Source of the DNA: Candidatus Woesearchaeota archaeon
GTDB taxonomy: Archaea > Nanobdellota > Nanobdellia > Pacearchaeales > GW2011-AR1
NCBI GenBank assembly: GCA_964530955.1
Contig: CAZHCL010000003.1
Location: 1,153 to 65,152 of the forward strand
Direction of reading: 5' to 3'
Length of the DNA: 64,000 nucleotides
The position numbers were made by a program, and so were the translations under genes. Numbering within the stretch: the first letter of the stretch is position 1; every line of letters begins with the position of its first letter. This document shows positions 1 to 9,996 of the stretch, one piece after another. A model generated the notes under the pieces. That model worked only from the letters and a program-made list of their open reading frames with translations. It was not told the DNA's origin and did not search any database.

Positions 1-1047
1 AGTTGGGGTAACAACTCCATAATAAATATCCACCATCGCATCCAACAGTCTTCTTTTAACCAATTCATCAGTCTGATCTCCCTGCTTCATATAAAGGTCA
101 ATTGCTTCTGGGCTAGGCTTTATTCTTCCCATCTTAAGAAGAAGTTTCCATGGAATGAATGTTCCTCTATCATATAATGGAATTCCATCTCTTATGAAAG
201 TGAACATGACTGGATGAGCATCTTTTACAGACTGCCAGAAATCAGTTAATAAATAAACCTGTACATTAAGTACATTTTTAACGCCCGAAAGCGCAGTCGC
301 TTCTCTTATATAATCATAAATTATTCCCCTAAGTTTATCCAATAATTCAAGGCGAGGCATTCTTTTTACATCAGTATCATCAATAACAACGAAAACATCA
401 ACGTCAGAATCCTTGCTTGCAGTTCCCCTGACAAGACTTCCTCCAATTACATAACTAGCAACATATTTCTCAAACTTTCTCAACACAAGAGATTTGTGAA
501 TATTCGCAACTCTGAAAGCGCCTAAGAATCCAATATCGTGCAATGGGAAAGAAGCAGCAATTGCATCCATAATTTCGAATTTACTGTCTAATCCATAAGT
601 CCAGAGGTCAACAGGAGTCTTGATTATAACCCACAAATTCTCTTTTGTTTCTTTAGCAAGCTTAATTATTTCTGGCTTTATCTTTTGAATGTCCTTGTAA
701 TGCTCTTCAGGAATTATCATTAAAATGTAAAGAGGTCTTGTATCAGCTACTTCTTTTGGTATTCCCTCATCTTCCTCAATTATTGGAGCAGCAGGACCAG
801 GAAGGATGCTCATGCTTACAGTAAAATCATATTTCTTTACAACTGCTTTCTTAAAATTATCAAGTTTTGACCTTATTTTATCAAAGTCAATTGCTTCCTT
901 TGACTGCCCCTGATTTTGCATAGGAGAAGTCTGATATTTAGGACCAGTTTGATTCGTCATACTCTGCAAAGTAGGCGCCGCTTCAGGTGTCTTGGGAGCA
1001 TTATTATTAGAATTATTTACAGGAGCGCTGTTCTTTTTGTCAGCCAT
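1..1047 (-). CDS. Pol-beta-superfamily nucleotidyltransferase domain protein (N-terminal 349 codons; C-terminus runs off the left edge)
   Basis: Absent from the ORF track because it is truncated by the window edge. My minus-strand translation from the ATG at 1047 stays open to position 1. It contains GGSLVRGTASKDSDVDVFVVIDD, the G-S...D-x-D minimal nucleotidyltransferase motif. The N-terminus is low-complexity and N/Q/P-rich. Confidence 0.6.
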   Translation of the reverse strand, partial: MADKKNSAPVNNSNNNAPKTPEAAPTLQSMTNQTGPKYQTSPMQNQGQSKEAIDFDKIRSKLDNFKKAVVKKYDFTVSMSILPGPAAPIIEEDEGIPKEVADTRPLYILMIIPEEHYKDIQKIKPEIIKLAKETKENLWVIIKTPVDLWTYGLDSKFEIMDAIAASFPLHDIGFLGAFRVANIHKSLVLRKFEKYVASYVIGGSLVRGTASKDSDVDVFVVIDDTDVKRMPRLELLDKLRGIIYDYIREATALSGVKNVLNVQVYLLTDFWQSVKDAHPVMFTFIRDGIPLYDRGTFIPWKLLLKMGRIKPSPEAIDLYMKQGDQTDELVKRRLLDAMVDIYYGVVTPT

Positions 1048-1166
1048 AAAAGAGGGTGCTTTTTTACATATTTAAAACTATCTTATCCACCTAAAATAGA
1101 TTGATTTATCCTAAGAAAACTATATAAACAAACTCTATCTGCTCTATCAATAAAAGAGGAAAGAAA

Positions 1167-2030
1167 ATGCTAGAAATGTTGATTAACCCAAAGAAAGCCG
1201 AGAGGCGTCCATGGGAAATGTTTTTCGTCGGATTTTTTTACTCCTCACTTTCTTTGCTTATAGTTTCCTGGGTCTTTGCAAAAGATGCAGTCCTATCACA
1301 ATATTCAGGAATTTTAGTAGTTACTTTTACAGTAATATTTTCAATGCCCTTTGTTTATTATACATTAAGGCTGGAAGAAAAAAGAATAAATCCCCGTTCA
1401 GGAACTTTTGCATTGTTAAGAGAGCATGACAGAGCATTATTCGCTTTCCTTTGGCTTTTTCTTGGTTTCGTAGTTGCATTTTCATTTTGGTATATTTTGC
1501 TTTCTCCAGTAGAAAGTTTTAAGCCACAGATAGAAACTTTTTGTGTCATTAACAGACCAGCCAATTTTGCTGACTGTACGCAGCAGTATGGACTGGCAGG
1601 AGATACTTTATTAGCAACGGCACATGCATCAAGTACAAGCGATCATTTCTTTACAATATTTATCAATAATATTTACGTTCTCATATTTACTCTCGTCTTC
1701 TCTCTTGTCTTTGGAGCAGGAGTTATCTTTGTTCTGGCGTGGAACGCGAGCGTCATAGCTGCTGCAGTTGGAATATTCACAAAGTCAAGTCTAGCTTCTT
1801 TACCGCTAGGTCTCGCAAGATATATGATTCATGGACTTCCTGAAATAGCATCTTATTTCATAGTTGCTCTCGCAGGTGGAATGATTTCCGTTGCAGTGAT
1901 AAAGCATGAATTTGGAACTGAAAAGTTCTGGGAAGTTTTGCAGGATTCTCTTAATTTGATTATTCTCTCAATTGTCGTTTTGTTTATCGCAGCATTGATA
2001 GAAGTTTTCATTACCCCAAAGCTGTTCTAA
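1167..2030 (+). CDS. SpoIIM/DUF95-like polytopic membrane protein
   Basis: 287 aa with multiple TM helices. FINNIYVLIFTLVFSLVFGAGVIFVLAWNASV and MIHGLPEIASYFIVALAGG resemble the conserved NN...G..G and HG.PE blocks of the stage II sporulation protein M family. Confidence 0.55.
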   Translation: MLEMLINPKKAERRPWEMFFVGFFYSSLSLLIVSWVFAKDAVLSQYSGILVVTFTVIFSMPFVYYTLRLEEKRINPRSGTFALLREHDRALFAFLWLFLGFVVAFSFWYILLSPVESFKPQIETFCVINRPANFADCTQQYGLAGDTLLATAHASSTSDHFFTIFINNIYVLIFTLVFSLVFGAGVIFVLAWNASVIAAAVGIFTKSSLASLPLGLARYMIHGLPEIASYFIVALAGGMISVAVIKHEFGTEKFWEVLQDSLNLIILSIVVLFIAALIEVFITPKLF

Positions 2031-2108
2031 TCATTGAAGTCCGAGCATAAATAACCTTTAAATAGCTCGTTTTTATTTATATTATCGCATAATTCGATAC
2101 TACTTAAT

Positions 2109-4871
2109 ATGGAAGAGCCAAAAAAAGAAGAAAAACTGCTTGAGGAAAGAAAGCAAAAGGTTTTATCATTCATTAAGGTAAAATATGCTTGGATTTCTTA
2201 TGTTGCTCTAGCGATAGTAGTCTGGTTTGCTGTCTGGCTCAGGTCTCTTCCAATGAAAATAAATCCCTCAACAGGACATCCTGGTCTTTGGGATATAACA
2301 ACTAATAATTGGACTCTTGGACCTGACCTTGACCCTTTCCTGTTCTTAAGATGGGCAAAATACATTGTTGCAAACGGTCATTTAATGCTAAATGACTCCA
2401 TGAGATATCTTCCTGTTGGGTTCAATACAAGCCAAGAATATATTTTGATGCCCTACATGATTGCCTGGTTCCATAATTTTCTTTCATTCTTCCATTTAAC
2501 TTCATCAGTAGAATATTCAGCAGTTGTCTATCCTCTTTTCATGTTTGCACTGGGATTAATAGCAATATTCCTTTTTGTCAGAAAAGTATTTTTGGAAAAA
2601 TTAGGAGTCAAATGGGCAAACTTAACAGCTGTTCTCTCAGTATTTTTTATATCTATAATTCCTGGATTAGTCCCAAGAGTAATTGCAGGAATACCTGACA
2701 AGCAAGGCACTTCATTGTTCTTCATGTTCATGGCGCCTTACTTGTTCTTGTGCGCCTGGAAAGCTGAAAAATTAAGAAATAAAATAATTTTAGCGCTTGG
2801 AGCAGGAATATTTACAGGTCTTTTTGGAATTTATTGGGGAGGTAATTTGCTTGCGTTCATGATAATTAACTTAGCAGTCCTCATATATTTCATTTCAGGA
2901 AATGTAGAAAGAAATAATCTTTATGTTTATGGACTATGGATACTTTCTGCTCTTTTGATAATGCACGAAACAGTAACTCTTTTCACAATAGGTAACCTCC
3001 TTTCCTCTTTTTCTACAGGCTCATCTGTTGCTATTTTGGTTGTTTTATTATTTGACCAATTTGTTTACAAAAAATTCATAAAGCACAAAATAAAAACTGA
3101 GACTGCCAAAAAATTTCCTCATAGTATAATCTCTCTAATTATTTCAGTTTTATTGGTAATAGTCTTGGCTTTAATCACTTTAGGCCCGGGTCCTTTCCTC
3201 CATATAGTCCAGCAATCTATTGCTCAGTTCCTTAATCCAGCCCCAACTGATAGATTCAATGTTACTGTAGCTGAAAATAGATCTCCTTTTTTCAGTGAGA
3301 TTCTTGGAAGTTTCGGGCCTATGCTAGGAAATATTCCATTGTTCGCAGCATTTTTCCTTGTTGGTTCTATTTTCATGGTCTGGAAATTATTTGAGCATAT
3401 TGAGAAGAAGGATAGGATTTATATCACAACAGCCTATGCAATTTTCCTTTTCTGCACTATTTTCAGCAAGTATTCATCAACAGGACTTTTAAATGGCGAT
3501 AACTTCTTAAGTTATCTATTGTATGGAGCAGGAATATTAATATTCGCAGGCACAGCAATATATTATTTCCTTAAGTATCACAAATCAGACAGAGCGCAAT
3601 TGTTCGGTAAGTTAGATTTAGGATTTTTGATTTTGATTACTTTCTTAGTATTTACTCTTTTAACATCAAGAGGTCTGGTAAGAATTATTTTACTTCTTAT
3701 TCCTCCAGCAGCAATTGTAGGTTCATATTTCATTACTGCAGTTGCAATGTATGTTGCTAAAGTGTTTAAAGAAAAACAAGATAATAGAAAAATATTTGCC
3801 TGGTTCCTAGGTATATTAGTTTTAGTCGCAGCAATTTATTCAGCCTATTCTCTTTATTCTGATGCAAAAGCAACTGCTGAAAGTTATGTTCCAAGCGCCT
3901 ATACTCAACAATGGCAACTAGCAATGTCTTGGGTCAGAACTAATACTCCTACAAATGCAGTATTTGCACATTGGTGGGATTATGGATATTGGGTACAAAC
4001 AATGGGATTGAGAGCGACAGTTTTAGATGGAGGAAATGCAATATCTTATTGGGACCATATGATGGGAAGGTATGCTTTAACAGATCCTAATGACACAGAG
4101 GCATTACAGTTCCTTTATACTCATAATGCAACAAATTTGCTTATAGATTCAAGTGATATAGGAAAGTATTCTGCTTTCTCTAGCATAGGTAGCGATATAA
4201 ATTATGACCGGGCGAGTTACATACCTACCTATACTATGGACCCTCAGCAGACTCAAGAGAATAAAAACTCAACTCTATATCTTTATCAAGGAGGAGCTCC
4301 AGTTGACCAAGACATATTCTATACCATAAACGGAACGCAGGTTTTCTTGCCAGCAGGTAAGGCTGCATTAGGAGGAGTAGTCATAGTTAGAGACAATAAT
4401 AGTAGCAAAATAATAAGTCCTCCAAAAGGAATATTTGTATATCAGAATATTCAGTATGCTGTCCCCTTCAGATATGCATTTTCCGAAGGCAATCTTATAG
4501 ATTTCGGCGAAGGTTCTGGATTAGATGCAGGAGTATTTATTTTCCCAGGAGTTGTGCAAACCAGTTCAGGTGTAGCAATACAAAAAGATTACGCGATGCT
4601 CTATCTAAGTGAGAGAACAGTCGGCTCGCAGGTAGCAAGATTCTATCTTTTCAATGAGAATAGTTCTTACTTCAAACTTGTACATAGTCAGGATGACTTT
4701 GTTGTTTCAAGTCTAAAGAACCAGAATGCTATAAGCCAGAATGACGACTTCGTATATTACCAAGGATTGAGGGGGCCTATAAAAATATGGCAGATTAATT
4801 ATCCAGCAGGCATAAAAGCAGATCCAACATATCTCAATATGACCTGGCCGGACAATTTAAGGCACGTATAA
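2109..4871 (+). CDS. aglB: Archaeal oligosaccharyltransferase AglB (STT3 family)
   Basis: 920-aa polytopic protein. WWDYGYW at nt 3972-3992 is the catalytic WWDYG motif of STT3/AglB/PglB. It also has GPDLDPF (DxD in the first external loop) and a DIGK DK-type motif downstream. Confidence 0.93.
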   Translation: MEEPKKEEKLLEERKQKVLSFIKVKYAWISYVALAIVVWFAVWLRSLPMKINPSTGHPGLWDITTNNWTLGPDLDPFLFLRWAKYIVANGHLMLNDSMRYLPVGFNTSQEYILMPYMIAWFHNFLSFFHLTSSVEYSAVVYPLFMFALGLIAIFLFVRKVFLEKLGVKWANLTAVLSVFFISIIPGLVPRVIAGIPDKQGTSLFFMFMAPYLFLCAWKAEKLRNKIILALGAGIFTGLFGIYWGGNLLAFMIINLAVLIYFISGNVERNNLYVYGLWILSALLIMHETVTLFTIGNLLSSFSTGSSVAILVVLLFDQFVYKKFIKHKIKTETAKKFPHSIISLIISVLLVIVLALITLGPGPFLHIVQQSIAQFLNPAPTDRFNVTVAENRSPFFSEILGSFGPMLGNIPLFAAFFLVGSIFMVWKLFEHIEKKDRIYITTAYAIFLFCTIFSKYSSTGLLNGDNFLSYLLYGAGILIFAGTAIYYFLKYHKSDRAQLFGKLDLGFLILITFLVFTLLTSRGLVRIILLLIPPAAIVGSYFITAVAMYVAKVFKEKQDNRKIFAWFLGILVLVAAIYSAYSLYSDAKATAESYVPSAYTQQWQLAMSWVRTNTPTNAVFAHWWDYGYWVQTMGLRATVLDGGNAISYWDHMMGRYALTDPNDTEALQFLYTHNATNLLIDSSDIGKYSAFSSIGSDINYDRASYIPTYTMDPQQTQENKNSTLYLYQGGAPVDQDIFYTINGTQVFLPAGKAALGGVVIVRDNNSSKIISPPKGIFVYQNIQYAVPFRYAFSEGNLIDFGEGSGLDAGVFIFPGVVQTSSGVAIQKDYAMLYLSERTVGSQVARFYLFNENSSYFKLVHSQDDFVVSSLKNQNAISQNDDFVYYQGLRGPIKIWQINYPAGIKADPTYLNMTWPDNLRHV

Positions 4872-4872
4872 A

Positions 4873-5886
4873 ATGACAGATTATAGACTTATCATTCCAG
4901 TACTGATTAGTTTTTTGGTAACTTTATTTCTACTTCCCTATTGGATAAGAAAAGCTAAGCAAATTAATTTAATGTGGGATGACATGAATAAGCTTAAAGC
5001 TAAGAAAGTAGCGGGTTCAGGAGGGCTTATAGTTTTTATAGGATTCACCCTCGGAGTTTTATTATTTATAGCTTACAGAGTATTTTATCAGCAAAGTCAG
5101 GATTCTCTTATAGAAATACTTGCTTCTCTTGTTTTAATCTCTTTATTAGCTGGAATAGGTCTTATCGATGACCTTTTAGGCTGGAAAAGAGGAGGATTAT
5201 CAAAGAGGTCAAGAATTATTGCAGTAGCAGCAGCAGCAATTCCTTTAATGGTCATAAACGCAGGGAGAGATATTATCTCTGTTCCATTTATAGGCAGTGT
5301 AGATTTCGGCATAATTTATCCTCTTATTATAATTCCTATAGGAATAATCGGAGCAAGTACAACATTTAATTTTTTAGCTGGATTTAACGGACTTGAAGCG
5401 GGACAGGGAATAATAACTCTCTTCTCTTTAGCAGTAGTTGCTTTCTTTACAGGAAACTCCTGGCTTTCAGTGCTTGCTTTGTGCATGTGTGCCTCTCTTT
5501 TTGCTTTCTTATTTTACAATTTCTCACCTGCAAAAGTCTTCCCTGGAGATGTAATAACCTATCCTATAGGAGGTCTTATCGCAGCAATGGCTATTCTTGG
5601 AGGTTTCCAAAAAATAGCAGTTTTCTTTTTCATACCCTACGTATTAGAACTTATTCTTAAATCGAGGGGTAAGTTGCAGAAGCAATCTTTCGGCAAGCCA
5701 ATGCAGGATGGTTCTCTCGATATGAAATATGATAAAGTTTACGGATTAGAACATCTTTCAATATATTTAATGAAGAAAGTAGGAATAAAGCCAACTGAGA
5801 AAAAAGTAGTATATTCAATTTGGGCATTTCAAATAATTATAGTCATAATCGGATTTATAATATTTAGGAAGGGTATCTTTCAATAA
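4873..5886 (+). CDS. UDP-GlcNAc:dolichyl-phosphate GlcNAc-1-phosphate transferase (ALG7/AglH-like, MraY/WecA superfamily)
   Basis: 337-aa polytopic protein. NFLAGFNGLEAGQG matches the N..AG.NGLE.GQ signature of ALG7/AglH-type enzymes. VFPGDV lies near the C-terminal part. The start is 1 nt after the aglB stop. Confidence 0.8.
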   Translation: MTDYRLIIPVLISFLVTLFLLPYWIRKAKQINLMWDDMNKLKAKKVAGSGGLIVFIGFTLGVLLFIAYRVFYQQSQDSLIEILASLVLISLLAGIGLIDDLLGWKRGGLSKRSRIIAVAAAAIPLMVINAGRDIISVPFIGSVDFGIIYPLIIIPIGIIGASTTFNFLAGFNGLEAGQGIITLFSLAVVAFFTGNSWLSVLALCMCASLFAFLFYNFSPAKVFPGDVITYPIGGLIAAMAILGGFQKIAVFFFIPYVLELILKSRGKLQKQSFGKPMQDGSLDMKYDKVYGLEHLSIYLMKKVGIKPTEKKVVYSIWAFQIIIVIIGFIIFRKGIFQ

Positions 5887-7127
5887 TGTTATCCAAGATA
5901 AGATCTATAAGAAATGATGCATTGATAAAAGGAAGTTTTATTCTCGTGGTAATGATTGTCTTTGCAAATCTTTTGAATTATATCTTTCAGGTTTCAATGG
6001 CAAGAGTGCTTGGACCTGCAGATTATGGGATATTAGCAGTATTAATGTCTATAATTTACATATTTCTCATACCTAATGAAGCAATTCAGACAGTAATAAC
6101 CAAATACACTTCTGTTTTCAATGTAAATAATAATCTTGGAAAAATAAAAGACCTATTAATAAGAAGTATGAAAAAGGGACTCCTTGCTGCCCTTTTGGTC
6201 CTTATAATTTATTTTGTACTGGGATTTTTCCTGGCTTCATTTTTGAAAATAAACCTTTCTCTGATACTTCTTACAGGATTATTCATATTTATCGTATTTA
6301 CAATGCCCATTTTGAGAGGGATATTACAGGGAAGAAAGAAATTTTATGGTCTTGGAATAAATATGGTCATTGAAGCAATTTTGAAAGTTATTCTAGCATT
6401 AATATTTATTTGGATAGGCTGGAAAGTTTATGGTGCAATGTTAGCAGTAATTGCTGCAAGTTCAATAGCGGTTTTGCTAGTTCTTCTCTCAATAAAAGAG
6501 ATATTATCTGCAAAAAGAGAAAGAGAAGAATTCAGCAATCTTTACTCGCAAAGTCTTCCAATAATTATTGCAATGTTTTCAATAGTTCTTATGTATAGTA
6601 TCGATATAATTCTCGCAAGAAGATTCTTCTCCCCTCAGATTGCAGGAGAGTTCGCATTCGTTTCATTAATAGGCAAAGTAATTGTTTTTGTAAGTTCATC
6701 AATAGGTAAAGCATTATTTCCTTTATCAGCAGAAGAATTTGAAAAAGGCAATAAGTCAGAAAGTCTATTAAAGAAAGCAGTCCTAATGGTTATTCCCATG
6801 ATTATTGTTTCTCTACTTCTTTATCTAGTTGCTCCAGAATTCATAATAAAATTGCTTTCATTAGGTTCAACACAGTACTTGGGAGGCGCGAGCATTCTGT
6901 TTATACTTGGGCTTTCATACTCATTAATTTCATTAACAAATATAATTGTGCTATACAAGCTATCAGTAAAAAAGATGCATAAAAGTGCATACTTTTTGTT
7001 ATTATTTGTAATAATAGAAATAATCCTCCTTTCCATATTCAACTCCAACATAATTGAATTCAGTTTATCTATCTTGTTCTCCAATTTGCTTATGTTTTTA
7101 TACTCTTTTTTATTGATTAAAAAATGA
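5886..7127 (+). CDS. Wzx/MOP-family oligosaccharide flippase
   Basis: 413 aa with ~12 predicted TM helices. The N-terminus has the typical polysaccharide-biosynthesis-protein shape (KGSFILVVMIVFANLLNYIFQVSMARVLGPADYG). TAATG overlap with the upstream gene. Confidence 0.7.
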   Translation: MLSKIRSIRNDALIKGSFILVVMIVFANLLNYIFQVSMARVLGPADYGILAVLMSIIYIFLIPNEAIQTVITKYTSVFNVNNNLGKIKDLLIRSMKKGLLAALLVLIIYFVLGFFLASFLKINLSLILLTGLFIFIVFTMPILRGILQGRKKFYGLGINMVIEAILKVILALIFIWIGWKVYGAMLAVIAASSIAVLLVLLSIKEILSAKREREEFSNLYSQSLPIIIAMFSIVLMYSIDIILARRFFSPQIAGEFAFVSLIGKVIVFVSSSIGKALFPLSAEEFEKGNKSESLLKKAVLMVIPMIIVSLLLYLVAPEFIIKLLSLGSTQYLGGASILFILGLSYSLISLTNIIVLYKLSVKKMHKSAYFLLLFVIIEIILLSIFNSNIIEFSLSILFSNLLMFLYSFLLIKK

Positions 7128-7915
7128 AAGTTGGAATAGTAATTCCTGCGTATAATGAAGAAAGAAGAATAGAAAAGACTCTTAAGGAATATCTAGCTTA
7201 TTTTGATAAAATTGAAAGAGTCAAAAAAATCAAATATAAACTTCTAGTTTCAGTAAATGCGACTACCGACAATACGTTAAATATTGTAAAAAAATATGTT
7301 AAGAAAAATAAGAACCTTAATTATATTAATCTTGTCGAAGGAGGAAAAGGGAATGCGGTTATTCAGGGATTTAAATATTTTATAAAAGAAAAATATGACT
7401 TAATAGGTTTTGTAGATGCTGATTTAGCCACAAAACCTGAGCAGTTCAATGAGCTAATAAAATCAATAAATGGGTATGATGGAATTATAGCAGACAGATA
7501 CATAAAAGGCTCCATTGTGAATCCTAAGCCAACTATTGCGAGGAAAACCGCTTCTAGAATATTCAATATGGCAATAAGGTCCATTCTTTTGCTTCCCTAC
7601 AGAGATACTCAATGTGGAGCTAAACTTTTCAAGCGGGCAGCCTTAGAAAAGGTCATTCCAAATCTTTCATTGTCACAATGGGCATTTGACGTAGATTTAA
7701 TATATTCTTTAAGAAAGCTTAATTTTACTGTAAAAGAATTGCCTACTGTATGGTCGGACATGCAATACTCAAAAATAAATTTTATGAAATCAGGGCCAAT
7801 GATGCTCCTCGGTGTAATAAGGCTCAGACTGATAAACTCTCCATTTAAAGTATTTTCAAGAGTATATGATTTGTCTGTTTTGCTGGCTAATAAGTTGACA
7901 AAGGAGTTAATATGA
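7124..7915 (+). CDS. GT2 dolichyl-phosphate hexosyltransferase (ALG5/DPM1-like)
   Basis: VIPAYNEERRI at the N-terminus, FVDADLATKP (DxD), and RDTQCGAKLFKR plus WAFDVDLIY, which closely resemble ALG5-type Dol-P-Glc synthases. ATGA overlap with the flippase. Confidence 0.75.
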   Translation: MKVGIVIPAYNEERRIEKTLKEYLAYFDKIERVKKIKYKLLVSVNATTDNTLNIVKKYVKKNKNLNYINLVEGGKGNAVIQGFKYFIKEKYDLIGFVDADLATKPEQFNELIKSINGYDGIIADRYIKGSIVNPKPTIARKTASRIFNMAIRSILLLPYRDTQCGAKLFKRAALEKVIPNLSLSQWAFDVDLIYSLRKLNFTVKELPTVWSDMQYSKINFMKSGPMMLLGVIRLRLINSPFKVFSRVYDLSVLLANKLTKELI

Positions 7916-8844
7916 AAGAAACAAAAATTTCTTTTTTAATACCTGCACATAATGAAGAAAAGATAATAGAAAAAACTCTGATTAATTTAGAAAATTTACC
8001 ATATAGTAATTATGAAGTCCTTTTGGGTCTTGACGGATGCGTAGATGGAACTGAAGAAATAGTTAAATCCTTTTGCAAGAGAAATAAAAATTTCAAATAT
8101 TACAAATTGAATTTAAGGCAAGGCAAACCAGCAGTAATTAATAGCATAATAAAAAAGGCAACTGGAGATATAATAATAATAAACGATGCCGACTGGGTAT
8201 TTAATGTGAAAAATAATAAAACATTGAATCTATTTTTGTCAGTTTTCAAAGGCAAAAGAGTTGGGGGAATAGCCGAATCTTTACCAGTTGAGTGGGATGA
8301 AGAAAAAATTAAAAAAGGAAATTTTGGATACAAGATGGTCGCTTACAGTTCTTATTTTTGGTTTGAATACCAGAAGAAGATGTTCACCTATAAAAAAATA
8401 AATTTGGTTTACTTGAAAAAACCAAAAATGTTTCTTACAAATATATTCAGAAGGAAACTTTATCGGGAAAACGTAACTCTTGGGGATGATTTTGAGAGGT
8501 CAGCAAGCATAATGAACGATGGATATGAGATAGTATCATTTGACAAACTGGAAATGCCAAGAATGATTGCAGTTTACGACTATGTTTCAATACCGAGTCT
8601 TTTCAATCAAAAAGTAAGAACTGGAATGGCTAGAAGTCAGGTGAATGAAATTGTCAAGGATAAGGTAGGCTTTTTTGACTATTATCTCCCTTCTGTAATC
8701 TATATTTTAATTAATTCATGGAAAAAAGGGATAGTTTCAGGTATTGCAGTATTATCTTGGGTAGTTTTAACATCCTTTGCAGATATCATCTCAAGATTCA
8801 GGGAAAAGAATACTAAGAAGGGATGGAAATTAAGGCTTAGATAA
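7912..8844 (+). CDS. GT2 family glycosyltransferase
   Basis: SFLIPAHNEEKIIEKTL, LGLDGCVDGT and IIINDADW (DxD). ATGA overlap with the upstream GT2. Confidence 0.7.
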   Translation: MKETKISFLIPAHNEEKIIEKTLINLENLPYSNYEVLLGLDGCVDGTEEIVKSFCKRNKNFKYYKLNLRQGKPAVINSIIKKATGDIIIINDADWVFNVKNNKTLNLFLSVFKGKRVGGIAESLPVEWDEEKIKKGNFGYKMVAYSSYFWFEYQKKMFTYKKINLVYLKKPKMFLTNIFRRKLYRENVTLGDDFERSASIMNDGYEIVSFDKLEMPRMIAVYDYVSIPSLFNQKVRTGMARSQVNEIVKDKVGFFDYYLPSVIYILINSWKKGIVSGIAVLSWVVLTSFADIISRFREKNTKKGWKLRLR

Positions 8845-9996
8845 TATCTTGTCTATTTCTTTCACAAATTCTTTCTTTATTTCAGGATATGAAAATTTCT
8901 TTGCTGATTCTAATATTTTTTTCCTATTTTTCTCTTTAAGCTTGCTGTCAATGCACTTGTCAATTTTCGCTGCAAAATCTATTATGTCATAGGGTTTAGC
9001 CCAGTATCCGTTTACTCCATCTATTATTTGCTCAGTAGGACCAGCTCCATCTCCCCAGACAACTACTGGTGTTCCGCATGCAAGACTTTCAGCAGGCACA
9101 AGTCCAAAATCTTCGAGAGGCGCAGGAAATGCAAAAACCTTTGCATTAGTATAATTAGTTATTATCTCATCAGTTTTAAGTCTGCCAAGAAATTTTATCT
9201 CAACATTACATTTACTTGCAAGAGCAAGAAGACTTTCCTTATAAGATGGTTCAACAGAGCCAGCCATATAAAGTGGCATCTTATTCTTCAGATGTGACAG
9301 CGCTTTTATTAGCCATTCATATTTTTTGTCAGGTATAATTCTGCTTGAACTGAAAATATAATTTTCTTTCAGTTTTTTGTGTCCAGGCTTAAATTTAGGG
9401 TCAAGAGGAGGATAACTCACAACAGTTCCATTAATTTTATAAAGTTTTTCAAGTCTTTTTTTAGTAAATTCACTATTCATGAAAATGAGCTTATTTTTTT
9501 GCAAAAGCCTCTTATCAAGTCTCTTAAGATAATCTCCAAGAGCAAGACCTAGAAAGAGAGATATCTTTCTTTTAATTCCCTGTGTACCAAATGCCCATTC
9601 TATTTTATCTTCTTCATAAAGGAAATGAGGATAATGGTTAACATAGTTTACTTTTTTATTTTTCTTATTTCTAATCAAAAAATTGCAGGGCGCACTATAA
9701 CTGATAAATAAATCAGGATTATGTTTTCTAAGATTATTTATTCCTAAAAAGCATAAAGCAAGGTTTACCCATTCAACAGGAGTTTTAATTATAGATATCT
9801 CTTCAACCTTAATGCCTCCAAAAGGTAGAAGATCGAGTATTTTCTTGTCTAAATGACAGGTAAGAACTTTTACATCATACCCCTCATCTTTAAGAAAATT
9901 GGCATGATTGATGAGTTCTCTCTCTAATCCTCCCTGTTCAGAAAGAAATTCATAAACAAGAACTATTCTTTTTTTGTTAGTGTCTTTTCTGTCCAT
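8830..9996 (-). CDS. GT4 (GT-B fold) glycosyltransferase
   Basis: 388 aa. EDFGLVPAESLACGTPVVVWGDGAGPTEQIIDGVNGY is the classical GT4 E-x7-E region. Confidence 0.8.
   Translation of the reverse strand: MDRKDTNKKRIVLVYEFLSEQGGLERELINHANFLKDEGYDVKVLTCHLDKKILDLLPFGGIKVEEISIIKTPVEWVNLALCFLGINNLRKHNPDLFISYSAPCNFLIRNKKNKKVNYVNHYPHFLYEEDKIEWAFGTQGIKRKISLFLGLALGDYLKRLDKRLLQKNKLIFMNSEFTKKRLEKLYKINGTVVSYPPLDPKFKPGHKKLKENYIFSSSRIIPDKKYEWLIKALSHLKNKMPLYMAGSVEPSYKESLLALASKCNVEIKFLGRLKTDEIITNYTNAKVFAFPAPLEDFGLVPAESLACGTPVVVWGDGAGPTEQIIDGVNGYWAKPYDIIDFAAKIDKCIDSKLKEKNRKKILESAKKFSYPEIKKEFVKEIDKILSKP

Noticed and set aside
916-1104. 62-aa plus-strand ORF
   Set aside because: It lies antisense to the N-terminus of the much longer nucleotidyltransferase ORF (1-1047, minus). 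It is Arg/Ile/Ser-rich and low complexity, with no promoter at the canonical spacing.
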